A stretch of DNA of 42,912 nt from a virus. Lineage: Duplodnaviria > Caudoviricetes. This document shows positions 18,691 to 28,213 of the stretch, one piece after another. The stretch is from IMG/VR virus record IMGVR_UViG_3300037722_001341, positions 1 through 42,912 of that record; one strand, written 5' to 3'. The notes beneath the pieces were generated by a model. It did not search any database and was not told the DNA's origin. It saw only the letters and a list, made by a program, of their open reading frames with translations. Made by a program: the position numbers and the translations under genes. Each line of letters begins with the position of its first letter. The stretch's first letter is position 1.

Positions 18691-19764
18691 TTATTGATAC
18701 GCGGTCGGGATGGTGTAAGTGCCGCCGGTGCCCAGTTCCATGACGACACCATTGAGACGGTTGGCGACCCCCAGACCGAAGCGGTGCCGGTAGACGGCGA
18801 CCTGGTGCGGGAACTGCTGTTCGTTCACGATCAGTTGCAGGCCGCGCCCCAATCCGGTATCCGCCGGATCGACTCGCCGCTTCAAAGGCGCAGGCGCATC
18901 CATATGGATAGCCAGCATGTAGCCGCTCGGCATCCATCGCCATTCGACCGCCCAGCAACCCTCGACGCGCCCCAGGATTTTGCCCGGCACCATCGGTAGA
19001 TTGACCGGGATATCGGTATTGGCACCCGCCCGAATGCTGCTGTCGATGACCGGATGGAAGCTGGTCAGGTCTTCGGTCTCTGGCACTTCGTCCGGATGGA
19101 TAAACACGACAATGTTATCCCCGCCTGTCGAAGCTCCGAAATGCTCCTCCAGTTCCTGACGGATGGTGATGTAAGGATTGTTGCTATCGGAAATGGACGC
19201 CGCTGCATACCCGCTTTCCAGGTAATGGTCCTCATCGGCTTCCGACTCGCTGCCCAGCACCGGCGGGTAGGTGCTGCCATCCGTGTTCGCCAACCGCCGG
19301 ATCGTCAACGACCCGTGTAGAGCATCGACGAAGGTGGCGTTGCTGTCGTTGAAGAGCGCCTTGAGGACCTCGAAGCGCACCGTATTGACATTCTGGATCG
19401 TGACCGTCGAGAGATGCCGATCCATATCCCCGGCGGTCATATAGGCCAGGACGACGTCATCGCCGCCCAATTCCGAGCCGAAATCTTCCAGAGGATAGGC
19501 CACATCCCAGCCCCCGGACGCTTTGGCGACGCCGTAGCGTCCATCGGTGCCCCGCCGTCGCAGCCGACCGCCGCCAGGCAGCTTATAGCGTTCGGTATAG
19601 CCCTCGGTGTCGCCCTCGACGAAGATCGACAGCGCCATGTTGAGGTCGTTGTTGACCCGGTTGAGATAGGTCTGGATCGCGTCGAGCACGACCGTCTGAC
19701 CCTGCGTGCTGGCAAAGATTCGGTCGGTATCGCCGAACCCCAGTGCTCCAAAAATGCCTGCCAT
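18691..19764 (-). CDS. Major capsid protein
   Basis: 357 aa after scaffold and cement genes; strong RBS GGAGGA. Confidence 0.78.
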   Translation of the reverse strand: MAGIFGALGFGDTDRIFASTQGQTVVLDAIQTYLNRVNNDLNMALSIFVEGDTEGYTERYKLPGGGRLRRRGTDGRYGVAKASGGWDVAYPLEDFGSELGGDDVVLAYMTAGDMDRHLSTVTIQNVNTVRFEVLKALFNDSNATFVDALHGSLTIRRLANTDGSTYPPVLGSESEADEDHYLESGYAAASISDSNNPYITIRQELEEHFGASTGGDNIVVFIHPDEVPETEDLTSFHPVIDSSIRAGANTDIPVNLPMVPGKILGRVEGCWAVEWRWMPSGYMLAIHMDAPAPLKRRVDPADTGLGRGLQLIVNEQQFPHQVAVYRHRFGLGVANRLNGVVMELGTGGTYTIPTAYQ

Positions 19765-19776
19765 GATGTCCTCCCC

Positions 19777-20202
19777 TTATGCGTAGGCTTCGCGCAAACG
19801 GAAGTCGAAGAAGATGACTTTCGTCAGGTTGCTGTCGGGCAGGGCGACGACACGACCGACCGGTACCGCCAGGGTACCGGCAGCATCCGCAAAGGAACCT
19901 GCCGTGTCACTGACATAGATGATGTCGTCGTAGGTCTGGCTGGCGAGATTGAACCCGTAGACCAGCCCTCGAATGAGAAACGTTCCGGCCTGCCCTGCCC
20001 CACCGCCAGGATAGAGCAGGACTCCTTTGGCCTGCTGCTTCCCGGCTACGTTGGCATCGGCGATGCCCCATTTGCCGGTGGTCAATTGGTACCCGGCCTG
20101 ACCGCCGGTCATAGTTTCGGTGAAGATGGCATCGAAGAGATCGCAGCCTGTGGGATGCACAGGTCGGACCTGATTTTCTGCCAATAATGCAATATCAGCC
20201 AT
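19777..20202 (-). CDS. Capsid cement/decoration protein
   Basis: Small Gly-rich beta protein (IYVSDTAG...VGRV) between scaffold and capsid genes. Confidence 0.7.
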   Translation of the reverse strand: MADIALLAENQVRPVHPTGCDLFDAIFTETMTGGQAGYQLTTGKWGIADANVAGKQQAKGVLLYPGGGAGQAGTFLIRGLVYGFNLASQTYDDIIYVSDTAGSFADAAGTLAVPVGRVVALPDSNLTKVIFFDFRLREAYA

Positions 20203-20225
20203 TGATTAGATCTCCTGTTCGATCT

Positions 20226-20978
20226 TCAGAGTTTGACGAGCGGCCTGTCCCCCAGCGCCTTTTCAACATCCGGCTGGGGTGGCTGCCCGTCTCGATTGGA
20301 AGGCGATCCCGGCCCCCCCTGCTGGAAGTAATTCGGGCGTTCCTTTTTTGCCGCTGTGATGATCATCTCGATGGCCTTCTTATCGATCTGGCCCTCGTCG
20401 TTGATCACTTTGTCCAGCGGTGCATTGTGATCTGCCCCGAACTTCTCCGCCCACAGGAGAACATCGTCGGAATTGACCGCCCGCGCTTCGCTCGCAGCCG
20501 CCAGCACCGCCGCGTTACGCTTATCGGCAATCCGTTCCTTCTTCTCAGCGTCTAACTGAGCCTGGACGGATTGCTTTTCAGCTGTCAGCGTCTCCAGTTG
20601 CTTTTGCAGCTTCTGCGCTTCGGACAATTCTGCCTCCGCGCGCTCTTTGGCGGTCGTGACCAGTTTTTTCAGGTCATCGACCGACTCGAAGCCGAGACTG
20701 GCGAGAATCTTGTTCGTCGCCGACTCCGCTGCGCGCTTGGCGCGCTCGCCGAGGAGCCGATCCACATCCGCCTGAGTGAACTTCGCCGCTTCCCCCGCAT
20801 TGTCCGGTGGGGTAGCCGGTGGCGTCGTTGCCTCTGGTTTGGGATCGGGTGTATCGTCTGGGGCGGGGGGTGTTTGGTCGAACCAGTGCCGCCGCTTGCG
20901 CAGGGAGATAGACTCCTCCGCGCCGGGTCGTCGAATAGTTCGTGTCTGCCCACCAGGGGTAAACCGGGTTGCCTTCAT
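20226..20978 (-). CDS. Capsid scaffolding protein
   Basis: FTQADVDRLLGER, ELSEAQKLQK coiled coil, PNYF near the C-terminus. Confidence 0.82.
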   Translation of the reverse strand: MKATRFTPGGQTRTIRRPGAEESISLRKRRHWFDQTPPAPDDTPDPKPEATTPPATPPDNAGEAAKFTQADVDRLLGERAKRAAESATNKILASLGFESVDDLKKLVTTAKERAEAELSEAQKLQKQLETLTAEKQSVQAQLDAEKKERIADKRNAAVLAAASEARAVNSDDVLLWAEKFGADHNAPLDKVINDEGQIDKKAIEMIITAAKKERPNYFQQGGPGSPSNRDGQPPQPDVEKALGDRPLVKL

Positions 20979-21023
20979 GATGTGCTCCTTTTCCGCTGCT
21001 TGCCGAACAGCGTATCGTCTATC

Positions 21024-21044
21024 AAAAACACCGCCGAAACGGTG
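21024..21044 (-). terminator. Terminator-like hairpin upstream of the scaffold gene
   Basis: CACCG-tttcgg-CGGTG-TTTTT on the minus strand. Confidence 0.5.
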
Positions 21045-21098
21045 ATATTGAACGGGTGAAGCGTATCCTTGAAACGTCCACTACATCCGTCGCCAGCA

Positions 21099-21407
21099 TC
21101 ACACGGCCACGGCTGCCAATTTTGCGCTGATGTTGCCCGCTCCTGTCTCATTCATCCGGGTTTGGTATGCCTCGATTTTTTCGGCCATCCCCAGGCTGAT
21201 CAATTCGCCCGCGTCGAAATGCCGCAATCCATCGCTTCCCGTTTCGGAGATAAGCCGGTACCACCAGGCATCATCCTGATTGGAAATGGATGCAAACAAC
21301 CATGCATTTTGTCGATCCGTCCGTTCATCGGAGTTGACTCTCTCAGTCTCATCCCACCCAGATATCATCACAGGATATGCGCTGGATCGCCACTGGTCGC
21401 CATTCAT
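21099..21407 (-). CDS. Hypothetical protein
   Basis: Fills the gap on the operon strand. Confidence 0.5.
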   Translation of the reverse strand: MNGDQWRSSAYPVMISGWDETERVNSDERTDRQNAWLFASISNQDDAWWYRLISETGSDGLRHFDAGELISLGMAEKIEAYQTRMNETGAGNISAKLAAVAV

Positions 21408-21993
21408 GCGGGCACAGCGGATGGACAGGGGTCGGGTTCTGTTGGATAAATGCTTCGCTCACCAGTCCCTCGGCGAATAAACCTATACAGATGGCGCACA
21501 CGGGCGGGGGGCCGTAAAAGACGTACTGCTGGCCGCGCAGTCCGTTCATCTGTCGAAAGCGTGTCTGGGCAACCCAGCGCGTCTGTTGGGCCGTGGTGAT
21601 GGCGATTTGTGGCTGCTTCCATGACCGCCGCCCCTCGGCCCAGGCTTCCATATTCTTGTAATAATAATTTCGGTTGCCCCGCCGATTGGCGTTGAACAGG
21701 CGCTCGATCTGCCGTTCGACATCCCGGTTCCAGGTGTTGACGATGGACTGTGCATCTTCCGCCGACATCGCCTTCAATTCCTGCAAGTCATTCAGACGCG
21801 GCGGCTGAGGCGTCAGATTACAGCCATGCTGCTGTGCCAGTTCCCGCATTGCCGTCAACCACTCGGCTTTACGCCGTTCCATCAGGTCGGCTTCGACCAG
21901 ACGTTGATCGGCGGGCTGCATTTTATACAGCAGACCGATGGTCTTAAGAAGTTTCGTCGTTAGCGGCATCGACCAGGGCGTTCCATTCCTCAT
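21349..21993 (-). CDS. Minor head morphogenesis protein (MuF/SPP1 gp7-like)
   Basis: C-terminal CxxC...PVHPLCPH motif; located after the portal gene. Confidence 0.7.
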   Translation of the reverse strand: MRNGTPWSMPLTTKLLKTIGLLYKMQPADQRLVEADLMERRKAEWLTAMRELAQQHGCNLTPQPPRLNDLQELKAMSAEDAQSIVNTWNRDVERQIERLFNANRRGNRNYYYKNMEAWAEGRRSWKQPQIAITTAQQTRWVAQTRFRQMNGLRGQQYVFYGPPPVCAICIGLFAEGLVSEAFIQQNPTPVHPLCPHEWRPVAIQRISCDDIWVG

Positions 21994-22288
21994 CGGTGAG
22001 CGATTGCAACCCCTGTCGCGCCCGTCGCAGCACGCCGGTCTCCAGCCGTGTCAGCGTCTTCACCGTCTCGGATATATTGTCCTGCCGTTCCTGCTCCAGG
22101 GTTGGGATAATCGCGTCTAACGACTGCGATTCCGGATTGGCTGCTGCTCGCAGCATCTGCTCGATTTGTTCCTTCGTGACCGGATCGATAGCCGGAAGGC
22201 TTTGCAACTGACTGATGGCATTCTCCAACCGCTCCGGCGGCAGGGCCGGGATATGATTAGGCGACGGTCGCTTCGGCTTCGGGAGCAT
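21944..22288 (-). CDS. Hypothetical protein
   Basis: RBS GGAGGAG before MLPKPK. Confidence 0.6.
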   Translation of the reverse strand: MLPKPKRPSPNHIPALPPERLENAISQLQSLPAIDPVTKEQIEQMLRAAANPESQSLDAIIPTLEQERQDNISETVKTLTRLETGVLRRARQGLQSLTDEEWNALVDAANDETS

Positions 22289-23864
22289 CGATCTCCTCCA
22301 TTGGCCTATCCTCGGTCGTCGCGTCTGCGTCACTCTCGCCGCCGAACACCGCCTCAGCAAAGCCTCGGATACCTGCTCGCGTGGTCGCTTCCTGGCTGGC
22401 TTGTAGTTCGCTGACGATCTGCTCGATCTTCTCTTCACTGTAGCTCAGTTCTTCCAGCACCAGCCGTGCTTTGGCGGGCTGATCGGGAAGCGTCATCAGG
22501 AACGTGACCTTCTCGTTCCTGCTCAGGGCATCGTCGATGACCGGACGCTCAGCGATAGTGTGTTCCAGGTCGCCCTGCTCATAACTATTCAGGTCATAGC
22601 GTTCGAAGCCGGGGTAGCCACGATAACCACCGATGCTTATCACCATCTGCTGAGCGCGCATCAAGCCATCGTCATAGTTGCCCCGCGCCTCGATAATGCG
22701 CTCGATGGCATCGTTCCACCCGGCGCGCACGCCCGGCGCGGTCACATTGCCACCTTCCCGCATCCGGTGCAGCGACAACTCCGGCATGTCTCGCTCGATC
22801 TCGGCGATGATATTCTGGACATTTTGTGCGGCACTGGCGATATCGATGTTGGGCACCATCGGGAACGGATTCTGTGGATTTTGACTGGAGCCGCCGAATA
22901 GCATCGGTATTTTATCTTTTTGGGCCGAGGGATCGGTCGTTCCAGTGCCGTCATCGAGTTGACCCGCCACCACCAGGTCTTGTTTCCGCATTCCCGGCAT
23001 GAACCAGACGATATTAACCGCCTTGCGGATGTTGTCGTTGAGGATGCTCGCCGCGTCGTTCAGTTCGTCGATCTTGCCGATGGAATTGTGGAAAGGCGGG
23101 GCGCCATAGACCTGGCCGACATCCTTGTGCCGCACATGCACCAGAGGCACGAAGCCATACTCGTTGGCCCACTCCGATACCGGCGTGCCGTTCACGTCCT
23201 CGAAAAAGGCATAAGGATCGCCATCGCGGAAGGTGCGGAACATCGCCTTATCAATGGTCTCGCTGTAGACGTACTCCTTCCCCGCCGCATCGGTCTTGAT
23301 GTATTCGATCGTGACCGCTTTAAGGTTGCCGGTCTCATCTTTGACCATATCCTTGATCTTGCGCGAATCGACTACCTCCAGCCGCACTTTCGACCGCTGC
23401 CGGTCATCCACCACCTTCAGGAAGACATCGCCCTGCATCGCCCCCAGGCGGACGTAGAGTGACTTCTGCGTGCCCCAGTTGCTGTTGATCCACAACTGCC
23501 GGATGGCATCACGCAGGCTGGGGTCGCCCCCCGCAATCGGGATCGCCCCTTTCGCCAGAAGTTCCAGGTCGAGACTGCCGCCATAGACCTTCGAGACGTA
23601 CACATCATTCTGTCGCCCGACCGGATTGTAGATCGAGCGGATGTGCTTATAGAGGTCATATTCTTTCTTGTAGACATTGGCGAAACGGATGACCGACTGC
23701 CGATACTCGATATTGTTGAAATACGCCATGAAAAGGGTATACCGAAACAGGCGGGCCGTATAATCGTCCCAGCGATAGCCCTCGTCCGGGACGAGCGCCA
23801 GTTCGTTGAAGGTATGGATTGCCGCTCGCGCCGCGCTCACCAGCCGACTCCAGAGATTTGCCAC
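22257..23864 (-). CDS. Portal protein
   Basis: 535 aa after terminase; NEYGFVPLVHV motif typical of SPP1-like portals. Confidence 0.85.
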   Translation of the reverse strand: MANLWSRLVSAARAAIHTFNELALVPDEGYRWDDYTARLFRYTLFMAYFNNIEYRQSVIRFANVYKKEYDLYKHIRSIYNPVGRQNDVYVSKVYGGSLDLELLAKGAIPIAGGDPSLRDAIRQLWINSNWGTQKSLYVRLGAMQGDVFLKVVDDRQRSKVRLEVVDSRKIKDMVKDETGNLKAVTIEYIKTDAAGKEYVYSETIDKAMFRTFRDGDPYAFFEDVNGTPVSEWANEYGFVPLVHVRHKDVGQVYGAPPFHNSIGKIDELNDAASILNDNIRKAVNIVWFMPGMRKQDLVVAGQLDDGTGTTDPSAQKDKIPMLFGGSSQNPQNPFPMVPNIDIASAAQNVQNIIAEIERDMPELSLHRMREGGNVTAPGVRAGWNDAIERIIEARGNYDDGLMRAQQMVISIGGYRGYPGFERYDLNSYEQGDLEHTIAERPVIDDALSRNEKVTFLMTLPDQPAKARLVLEELSYSEEKIEQIVSELQASQEATTRAGIRGFAEAVFGGESDADATTEDRPMEEIDAPEAEATVA

Positions 23865-23876
23865 ATCTGTGATCCT

Positions 23877-24251
23877 TTATGAGCGTAAACGGCGGGCGTA
23901 TAGAGTCAGCGTGCGCTCCGCTGCCTGATTCACAGGTGTCCCGGCAGTTCCGCTTCGAATCTTCAAATACGGCCCCATCTTCAGCGCATCGTCCATGTCG
24001 ATCCCGATGCCTCGATCAACATCCGCGTTGAATGAAGTCTCGCTGCCGCCGATGTACAGATCGACGTAGGTCGAGTTATCGACGCTCACCTGGAAGGTCA
24101 ACCCGGCGGCTGTCCAGGCGGCGGGCATCTGAATGCGTTGCAGAACGAAGGGCCTCATCAGAATCCCGGCGGCCATAATCGAACCGATTGAGGGGATCGT
24201 GACCGTATCAGTGACAAACTCGCTGTTGGTGCCTATCGGTGTCCAGGCCAT
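23877..24251 (-). CDS. Small beta-rich protein between terminase and portal
   Basis: IQMPAAWTAAGLTFQVSVD...YLKIRSGT; coupled to terL. Confidence 0.7.
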   Translation of the reverse strand: MAWTPIGTNSEFVTDTVTIPSIGSIMAAGILMRPFVLQRIQMPAAWTAAGLTFQVSVDNSTYVDLYIGGSETSFNADVDRGIGIDMDDALKMGPYLKIRSGTAGTPVNQAAERTLTLYARRLRS

Positions 24252-25760
24252 TTAACCTCTCCAATCGGCGAACTCATCCGGGGCAGTGCCCAGAATCATC
24301 CGGTTTGCGTGCAGGGCATAGGCGGCCTGAGCACGGGCGATCACCGTATCGTCATGCCCCTGCTCTGCCCCATATGTCCAGGCTCCGCTTGCGGTCTGAG
24401 ATGCGACAAAGCTGTTGATCTCCTGCCGACCGACTGGATCGGGGAGGAGCTTCAATCCCTCTTCGTCGATCGCGTGATGAAAGCCACTGATGAGCGGGGG
24501 TTTGCTCTGTGCGCTCGTGTAGAACGGGAACAGGCCAGTATGGTTGGCTCCGTACTCGATCAATTCGTTCTCCAGGGCTTCGATGTTGGTCGTGCCCATG
24601 CTGTTCGCCTCGGCGAAGAGGCGGCGCACGCCCCACGTTCGACAGGCCACACATACCCGTCGTCGCATCTCCGCCCAGGGCATCTGATTCCAGCGCAGCA
24701 GCGCCACTTCCTGCCGGGTCGTCTCGTCGATGATCGACATCGCCGTGTAGTCTTTCATCTGGCCGAAATCCAGACCGGCGACATACCGATGCGTCGGATC
24801 GTAGACGGCATCGACAGGTGCGGTAAAAACCGCTTCCAGATGGTCGATGTCGGCGAAGTAACTATTGCCCGACACCAGGAAACAGGTGTGCGGGTCTTCC
24901 GGGTATTCCTGGAAAAACAGGCGTTTGAGATCGTGCTGTTTCTTTCGTCGCCACTGGATTTGCTCTTGCGTCAAACCATGCGCCGTCACCAGCGCCTGCT
25001 CTTCGTCGGTGTATGTTAAAGGTTCCCCCTCCGGGATCGGTAACTGATAATTGTCATCCCACCACCAGGGATAGAAATGGAGAGTCCAGTTGCTGTTCCC
25101 GTCGAGTGCCTCCAGGCACTGCTCATAAAACCAGCCCTGCGCGCCGTTGGGCGTGCTCTCCAGGATGATCATGCCCTCCTCCGGCACGCCCTGCATCAAT
25201 CCGGCAAGAATATCTTCGGCATTGTTCCAGAACGCCACTTCTGACCCATGCACGAAAGAATAGGTCCCAGAGCGACCGGTCTTCTTGTTCCCGGCGGTGT
25301 AAATTTCACTCTCACTATTCAGGGCGGGATAGGTGGTCAATCCCGCGTTGTTGTACTTGCGCACGGGTTTGGGAGCCGGTTGATTTTCGTAGAACCGGTC
25401 TGCCCACCGGCGGAATCGCTGCGTATTCTTGTCCTCGTCGCAGATCGTCGCCGCCGCTGCTGAGGAGGTTGTCACCAACCGATGGCCTTTGGCCTGTAGC
25501 CAGGTCGAAACCCCGATCTGCCGGGACTTGAGCACCAGGTCGCGTCCCGTCAGGCGGCTGTCGAGATGCAATTGGATACGGTTCGGACGCAGAGGCACCA
25601 GGCGCTTTCTCTTGTCGAGGATATGGAGATTCGCTTCGGCGAACTCAACGTCCGTTCCGGGCACGCTCAGCAGCTTGAGCAGCTTGTCTTTCTCTGGCTC
25701 GCTCAAGAAGCGTAGCAATTTCCTGGTTTCGCTCCTCGAAGGATAGACCAACGTGCTCAT
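24252..25760 (-). CDS. terL: Terminase large subunit
   Basis: LKSRQIGVST, HGSEVAFW, ESTPNG, nuclease motifs GLDFG and HDD. Confidence 0.95.
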   Translation of the reverse strand: MSTLVYPSRSETRKLLRFLSEPEKDKLLKLLSVPGTDVEFAEANLHILDKRKRLVPLRPNRIQLHLDSRLTGRDLVLKSRQIGVSTWLQAKGHRLVTTSSAAAATICDEDKNTQRFRRWADRFYENQPAPKPVRKYNNAGLTTYPALNSESEIYTAGNKKTGRSGTYSFVHGSEVAFWNNAEDILAGLMQGVPEEGMIILESTPNGAQGWFYEQCLEALDGNSNWTLHFYPWWWDDNYQLPIPEGEPLTYTDEEQALVTAHGLTQEQIQWRRKKQHDLKRLFFQEYPEDPHTCFLVSGNSYFADIDHLEAVFTAPVDAVYDPTHRYVAGLDFGQMKDYTAMSIIDETTRQEVALLRWNQMPWAEMRRRVCVACRTWGVRRLFAEANSMGTTNIEALENELIEYGANHTGLFPFYTSAQSKPPLISGFHHAIDEEGLKLLPDPVGRQEINSFVASQTASGAWTYGAEQGHDDTVIARAQAAYALHANRMILGTAPDEFADWRG

Positions 25761-26103
25761 GGCGTTCCGTCGGATTCCCCTGCAATAGTTGTAGCTTGTC
25801 GATCAAAATGCCGACCCCCGTCATCAATTCCTTGTAGTTGGCCGTAGACCGAACGTGAGGCAGGCTTAGAAAAATGGCGTCCAATTCGGTACGGATCACC
25901 GTAGCCAGGTCCGCACTTTTTTCCTGCACCAATTCGGGCGGCGGTGGGTTCTGCACTTTCATCGCCCACCGGCTGAGCGTCTGGTGGGCGATGTCGAGAG
26001 ACGCGGCGGTTTTGACCAGCGCTCCTTTTTTGTCGGGCCAGCCATTGGCCTGGAGCAGTGCGATGGCTTGCGCCCGGAAATCGTCCGTATAACGGGGACG
26101 CAT
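25645..26103 (-). CDS. terS: Terminase small subunit (N-terminal HTH)
   Basis: HTH (KTAASLDIAHQTLSRW), GILIDKLQLLQGNPTER; directly upstream of terL. Confidence 0.75.
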   Translation of the reverse strand: MRPRYTDDFRAQAIALLQANGWPDKKGALVKTAASLDIAHQTLSRWAMKVQNPPPPELVQEKSADLATVIRTELDAIFLSLPHVRSTANYKELMTGVGILIDKLQLLQGNPTERHEHVGLSFEERNQEIATLLERARERQAAQAAERARNGR

Positions 26104-26128
26104 TACATCAACTTCGAGGAATTCGCCA

Positions 26129-26338
26129 TCAAGCCCCCTCATGGCGCGTATCGCACCAATCCTCTAACTGCTGCCGGAAAACAGCCTCATGATCGTCTCC
26201 ATCGAAAAATGCCGGGTAGCCTGTGACTTCCCAGATAACCGCCCAGGCGGCTTCATGGAGATCAGCGGGCAATACCTCGCGAGCAATCGTCCCGGCGCGG
26301 TGAGGCGTCAGGCGCGTTCGGGTTTCAGACTCAGCCAT
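26129..26338 (-). CDS. Hypothetical protein
   Basis: Operon-strand ORF (IWEVTGYPAFF). Confidence 0.6.
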   Translation of the reverse strand: MAESETRTRLTPHRAGTIAREVLPADLHEAAWAVIWEVTGYPAFFDGDDHEAVFRQQLEDWCDTRHEGA

Positions 26339-26435
26339 CGTTGATCAACCCCCCGACCACATCCTTCGCCGTGTAGGCCCCCGCCGTCACCACGATCGCG
26401 GCGTCGTTCGTCACCTGTTTGAATTTGCTCGTCAT
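26331..26435 (-). CDS. 34-aa ORF, possibly a truncated virion gene
   Basis: MTSKFKQVTNDAAIVVTAGAYTAKDVVGGLINDG; abuts both neighbours. Confidence 0.45.
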   Translation of the reverse strand: MTSKFKQVTNDAAIVVTAGAYTAKDVVGGLINDG

Positions 26436-26813
26436 TTACTGGCACCTTTCAAGCGGCAAAAACTTTACCCAGCCAGCGACAAGCGTCGTACATCGCCAAT
26501 CGGGTTCCGGTTGTCTGGCAGCAGGCGGTTGCGGATTTGGAATAAGATAGGCTCCACACGTCGGGTGGAACACGCGCTCAGCGCCCGTTTGAATTTCCGC
26601 CGGGTTCTGATCGCTGGCCCAGATGAGGTAATTGCCCGTCCCCAGATGGCGCTGGATCAAGATTTGACCCCCATCGACATCATGCCAGCCGAAGTCAACA
26701 ATGTAGCCATGTTCCGGCCACCCCGCGATAGGATCGAGCTGCATTTCGATAGCCTGGGTCGGCACCGATCCGGAACAGACAAACATAAACAGAGCGATTA
26801 AGGTTTCAATCAT
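26436..26813 (-). CDS. Putative secreted/membrane-anchored protein
   Basis: Hydrophobic N-terminus MIETLIALFMFVC. Confidence 0.6.
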   Translation of the reverse strand: MIETLIALFMFVCSGSVPTQAIEMQLDPIAGWPEHGYIVDFGWHDVDGGQILIQRHLGTGNYLIWASDQNPAEIQTGAERVFHPTCGAYLIPNPQPPAARQPEPDWRCTTLVAGWVKFLPLERCQ

Positions 26814-26867
26814 AGCATCACACTCTCGATAGCATTGTTGACTATCGTCTCCTCTGCACCAACTTGC

Positions 26868-27047
26868 TCACCACAGGAATTGATTGCTGCCGTCCAGTCG
26901 CTTGAACACGATCACCCGACCGCCAATTTCATACCAGCCTTTATAGCCGGTGTCGGATTCCACACCATACGCGCGATAGCGAACGGCACGACGCAGACCG
27001 ACATACAGCAGCCAGCGCCACAGTGCTTTAACCCGATATTCAAGCAT
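26868..27047 (-). CDS. 59-aa basic, Trp-rich protein (copy 2; absent from the ORF track)
   Basis: RBS GGAGG; MLEYRVKALWRWLLYVGLRRAVRYRAYGVESDTGYKGWYEIGGRVIVFKRLDGSNQFLW. Confidence 0.85.
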   Translation of the reverse strand: MLEYRVKALWRWLLYVGLRRAVRYRAYGVESDTGYKGWYEIGGRVIVFKRLDGSNQFLW

Positions 27048-27060
27048 CAGATGACCTCCC

Positions 27061-27270
27061 TCAGGAAGAAACTATTGTCAGCAAACGCTCCGCAATCCAG
27101 TTTGCGTCTATCAACCCGAATATCCAATCAGCAATTCCCGCTTGCTGGTAAACAACTGTTTCCGAATTAGCCCAGTAGCGCCAGACAACCACTTCGCCGA
27201 TCTCTACCGACCATTCACCAGGCGATTGATCTTCTACCAGTTGTTTAACTTCACGAATAGTATCAATCAT
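27061..27270 (-). CDS. Hypothetical protein
   Basis: RBS GGAGG, TGATG coupling. Confidence 0.6.
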   Translation of the reverse strand: MIDTIREVKQLVEDQSPGEWSVEIGEVVVWRYWANSETVVYQQAGIADWIFGLIDANWIAERLLTIVSS

Positions 27271-27371
27271 CAGATGACCTCCAACAGGTCTAACCACAGA
27301 ACTATCGAAATAGCGGTGACGACAAGATCAAGCGCCAGCGCCACCCGCAAAGACCGCCGCCGCCGTGTCAT
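27270..27371 (-). CDS. 33-aa single-TM peptide
   Basis: MTRRRRSLRVALALDLVVTAISIVLWLDLLEVI; coupled at both ends. Confidence 0.55.
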   Translation of the reverse strand: MTRRRRSLRVALALDLVVTAISIVLWLDLLEVI

Positions 27372-28159
27372 ACGCCCGCCAGTGATCCCAATTTCGGGTA
27401 GATCGTGCTTTCCAACAAGGTGATCGCGGCTGCCGGAAACCAGCCAAATCTCCAGACTGTCCCCGCCAGAGTCCGAATGCCATCAGAGCGATTGCCGATG
27501 ATATGATCCAATACCTGCGCCAGCAGAGTGCCGGTCGCCGCCGTGTCGGTCGCCAGGGTATGCCGCGTGAACACGCCCTGATAATAGTGAAACAAGCGCA
27601 CCCGCCGTCCCTCGCCTAGCGCGTCCGCATGGTCATAGTACATAAAGGCCAGCGCTCGACTGCCGATATATGTCACCTGCCCGGCATTAGATATCGCTCG
27701 CCCCTCCACAGCATCGGTGCGGACGAAGCCATCTAAAGCGTTGCCAGTAACGTGTGCGAATTGGTGCGCGTTGCCCCCGGCCCCATATTCATAAAAACGC
27801 CCGCCATCCGCTTCTCCCAAGCTGGTCGGCGTGTAATCCATGAAGAAGCCCCAGGTGGTGAGATCGGCAATAGCGGTGTGATTGGGGATCGTGCCCAGAC
27901 TGGTCGTGCCATTAAATACCAGCCCGCCCTCTGCGCCCCAGGTGATGCTGGTCAAATCCATATTGAGCGCAGCATCGCTGCCGCTGGCTTCCAGGAGTTC
28001 GGCCCCGGAAAACTCCCCGGTCGCTGTCGCCCGGCTGGCGATATCGGCGATGTAATACGGAAACAGCAATCCATCGGCGTACAGACTATCGAGATAATCG
28101 ACGTAGGGATTGCCGTCGCCCAGCAGCGGCACCAGCGTGACAAGTTTTCCTAACGCCAT
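27368..28159 (-). CDS. LamG/concanavalin A-like domain protein
   Basis: LVFNGTTS.GTI..., IIGNRSDGIRTLAG.V pattern of LamG folds. Confidence 0.7.
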   Translation of the reverse strand: MALGKLVTLVPLLGDGNPYVDYLDSLYADGLLFPYYIADIASRATATGEFSGAELLEASGSDAALNMDLTSITWGAEGGLVFNGTTSLGTIPNHTAIADLTTWGFFMDYTPTSLGEADGGRFYEYGAGGNAHQFAHVTGNALDGFVRTDAVEGRAISNAGQVTYIGSRALAFMYYDHADALGEGRRVRLFHYYQGVFTRHTLATDTAATGTLLAQVLDHIIGNRSDGIRTLAGTVWRFGWFPAAAITLLESTIYPKLGSLAGV

Positions 28160-28167
28160 ATCGCTCC

Positions 28168-28192
28168 AAACAAAAAACCCGCTTTCACGGGT
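28168..28192 (-). terminator. Intrinsic terminator at the early/late boundary
   Basis: ACCCG-tgaaag-CGGGT-TTTTTGTTT. Confidence 0.7.
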
Positions 28193-28213
28193 CTATAAAC
28201 ACATCAACTCTCC

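Noticed and set aside
25645-26142. IS3-like transposase OrfA (RYTDDFRAQAIALL)
   Set aside because: No DDE ORF or terminal inverted repeats; position and C-terminus fit a terminase small subunit
5690-27031. Possible DGR template/variable repeat pair
   Set aside because: The core is identical, flanking differences are mostly synonymous and not adenine-specific, and no reverse transcriptase is present
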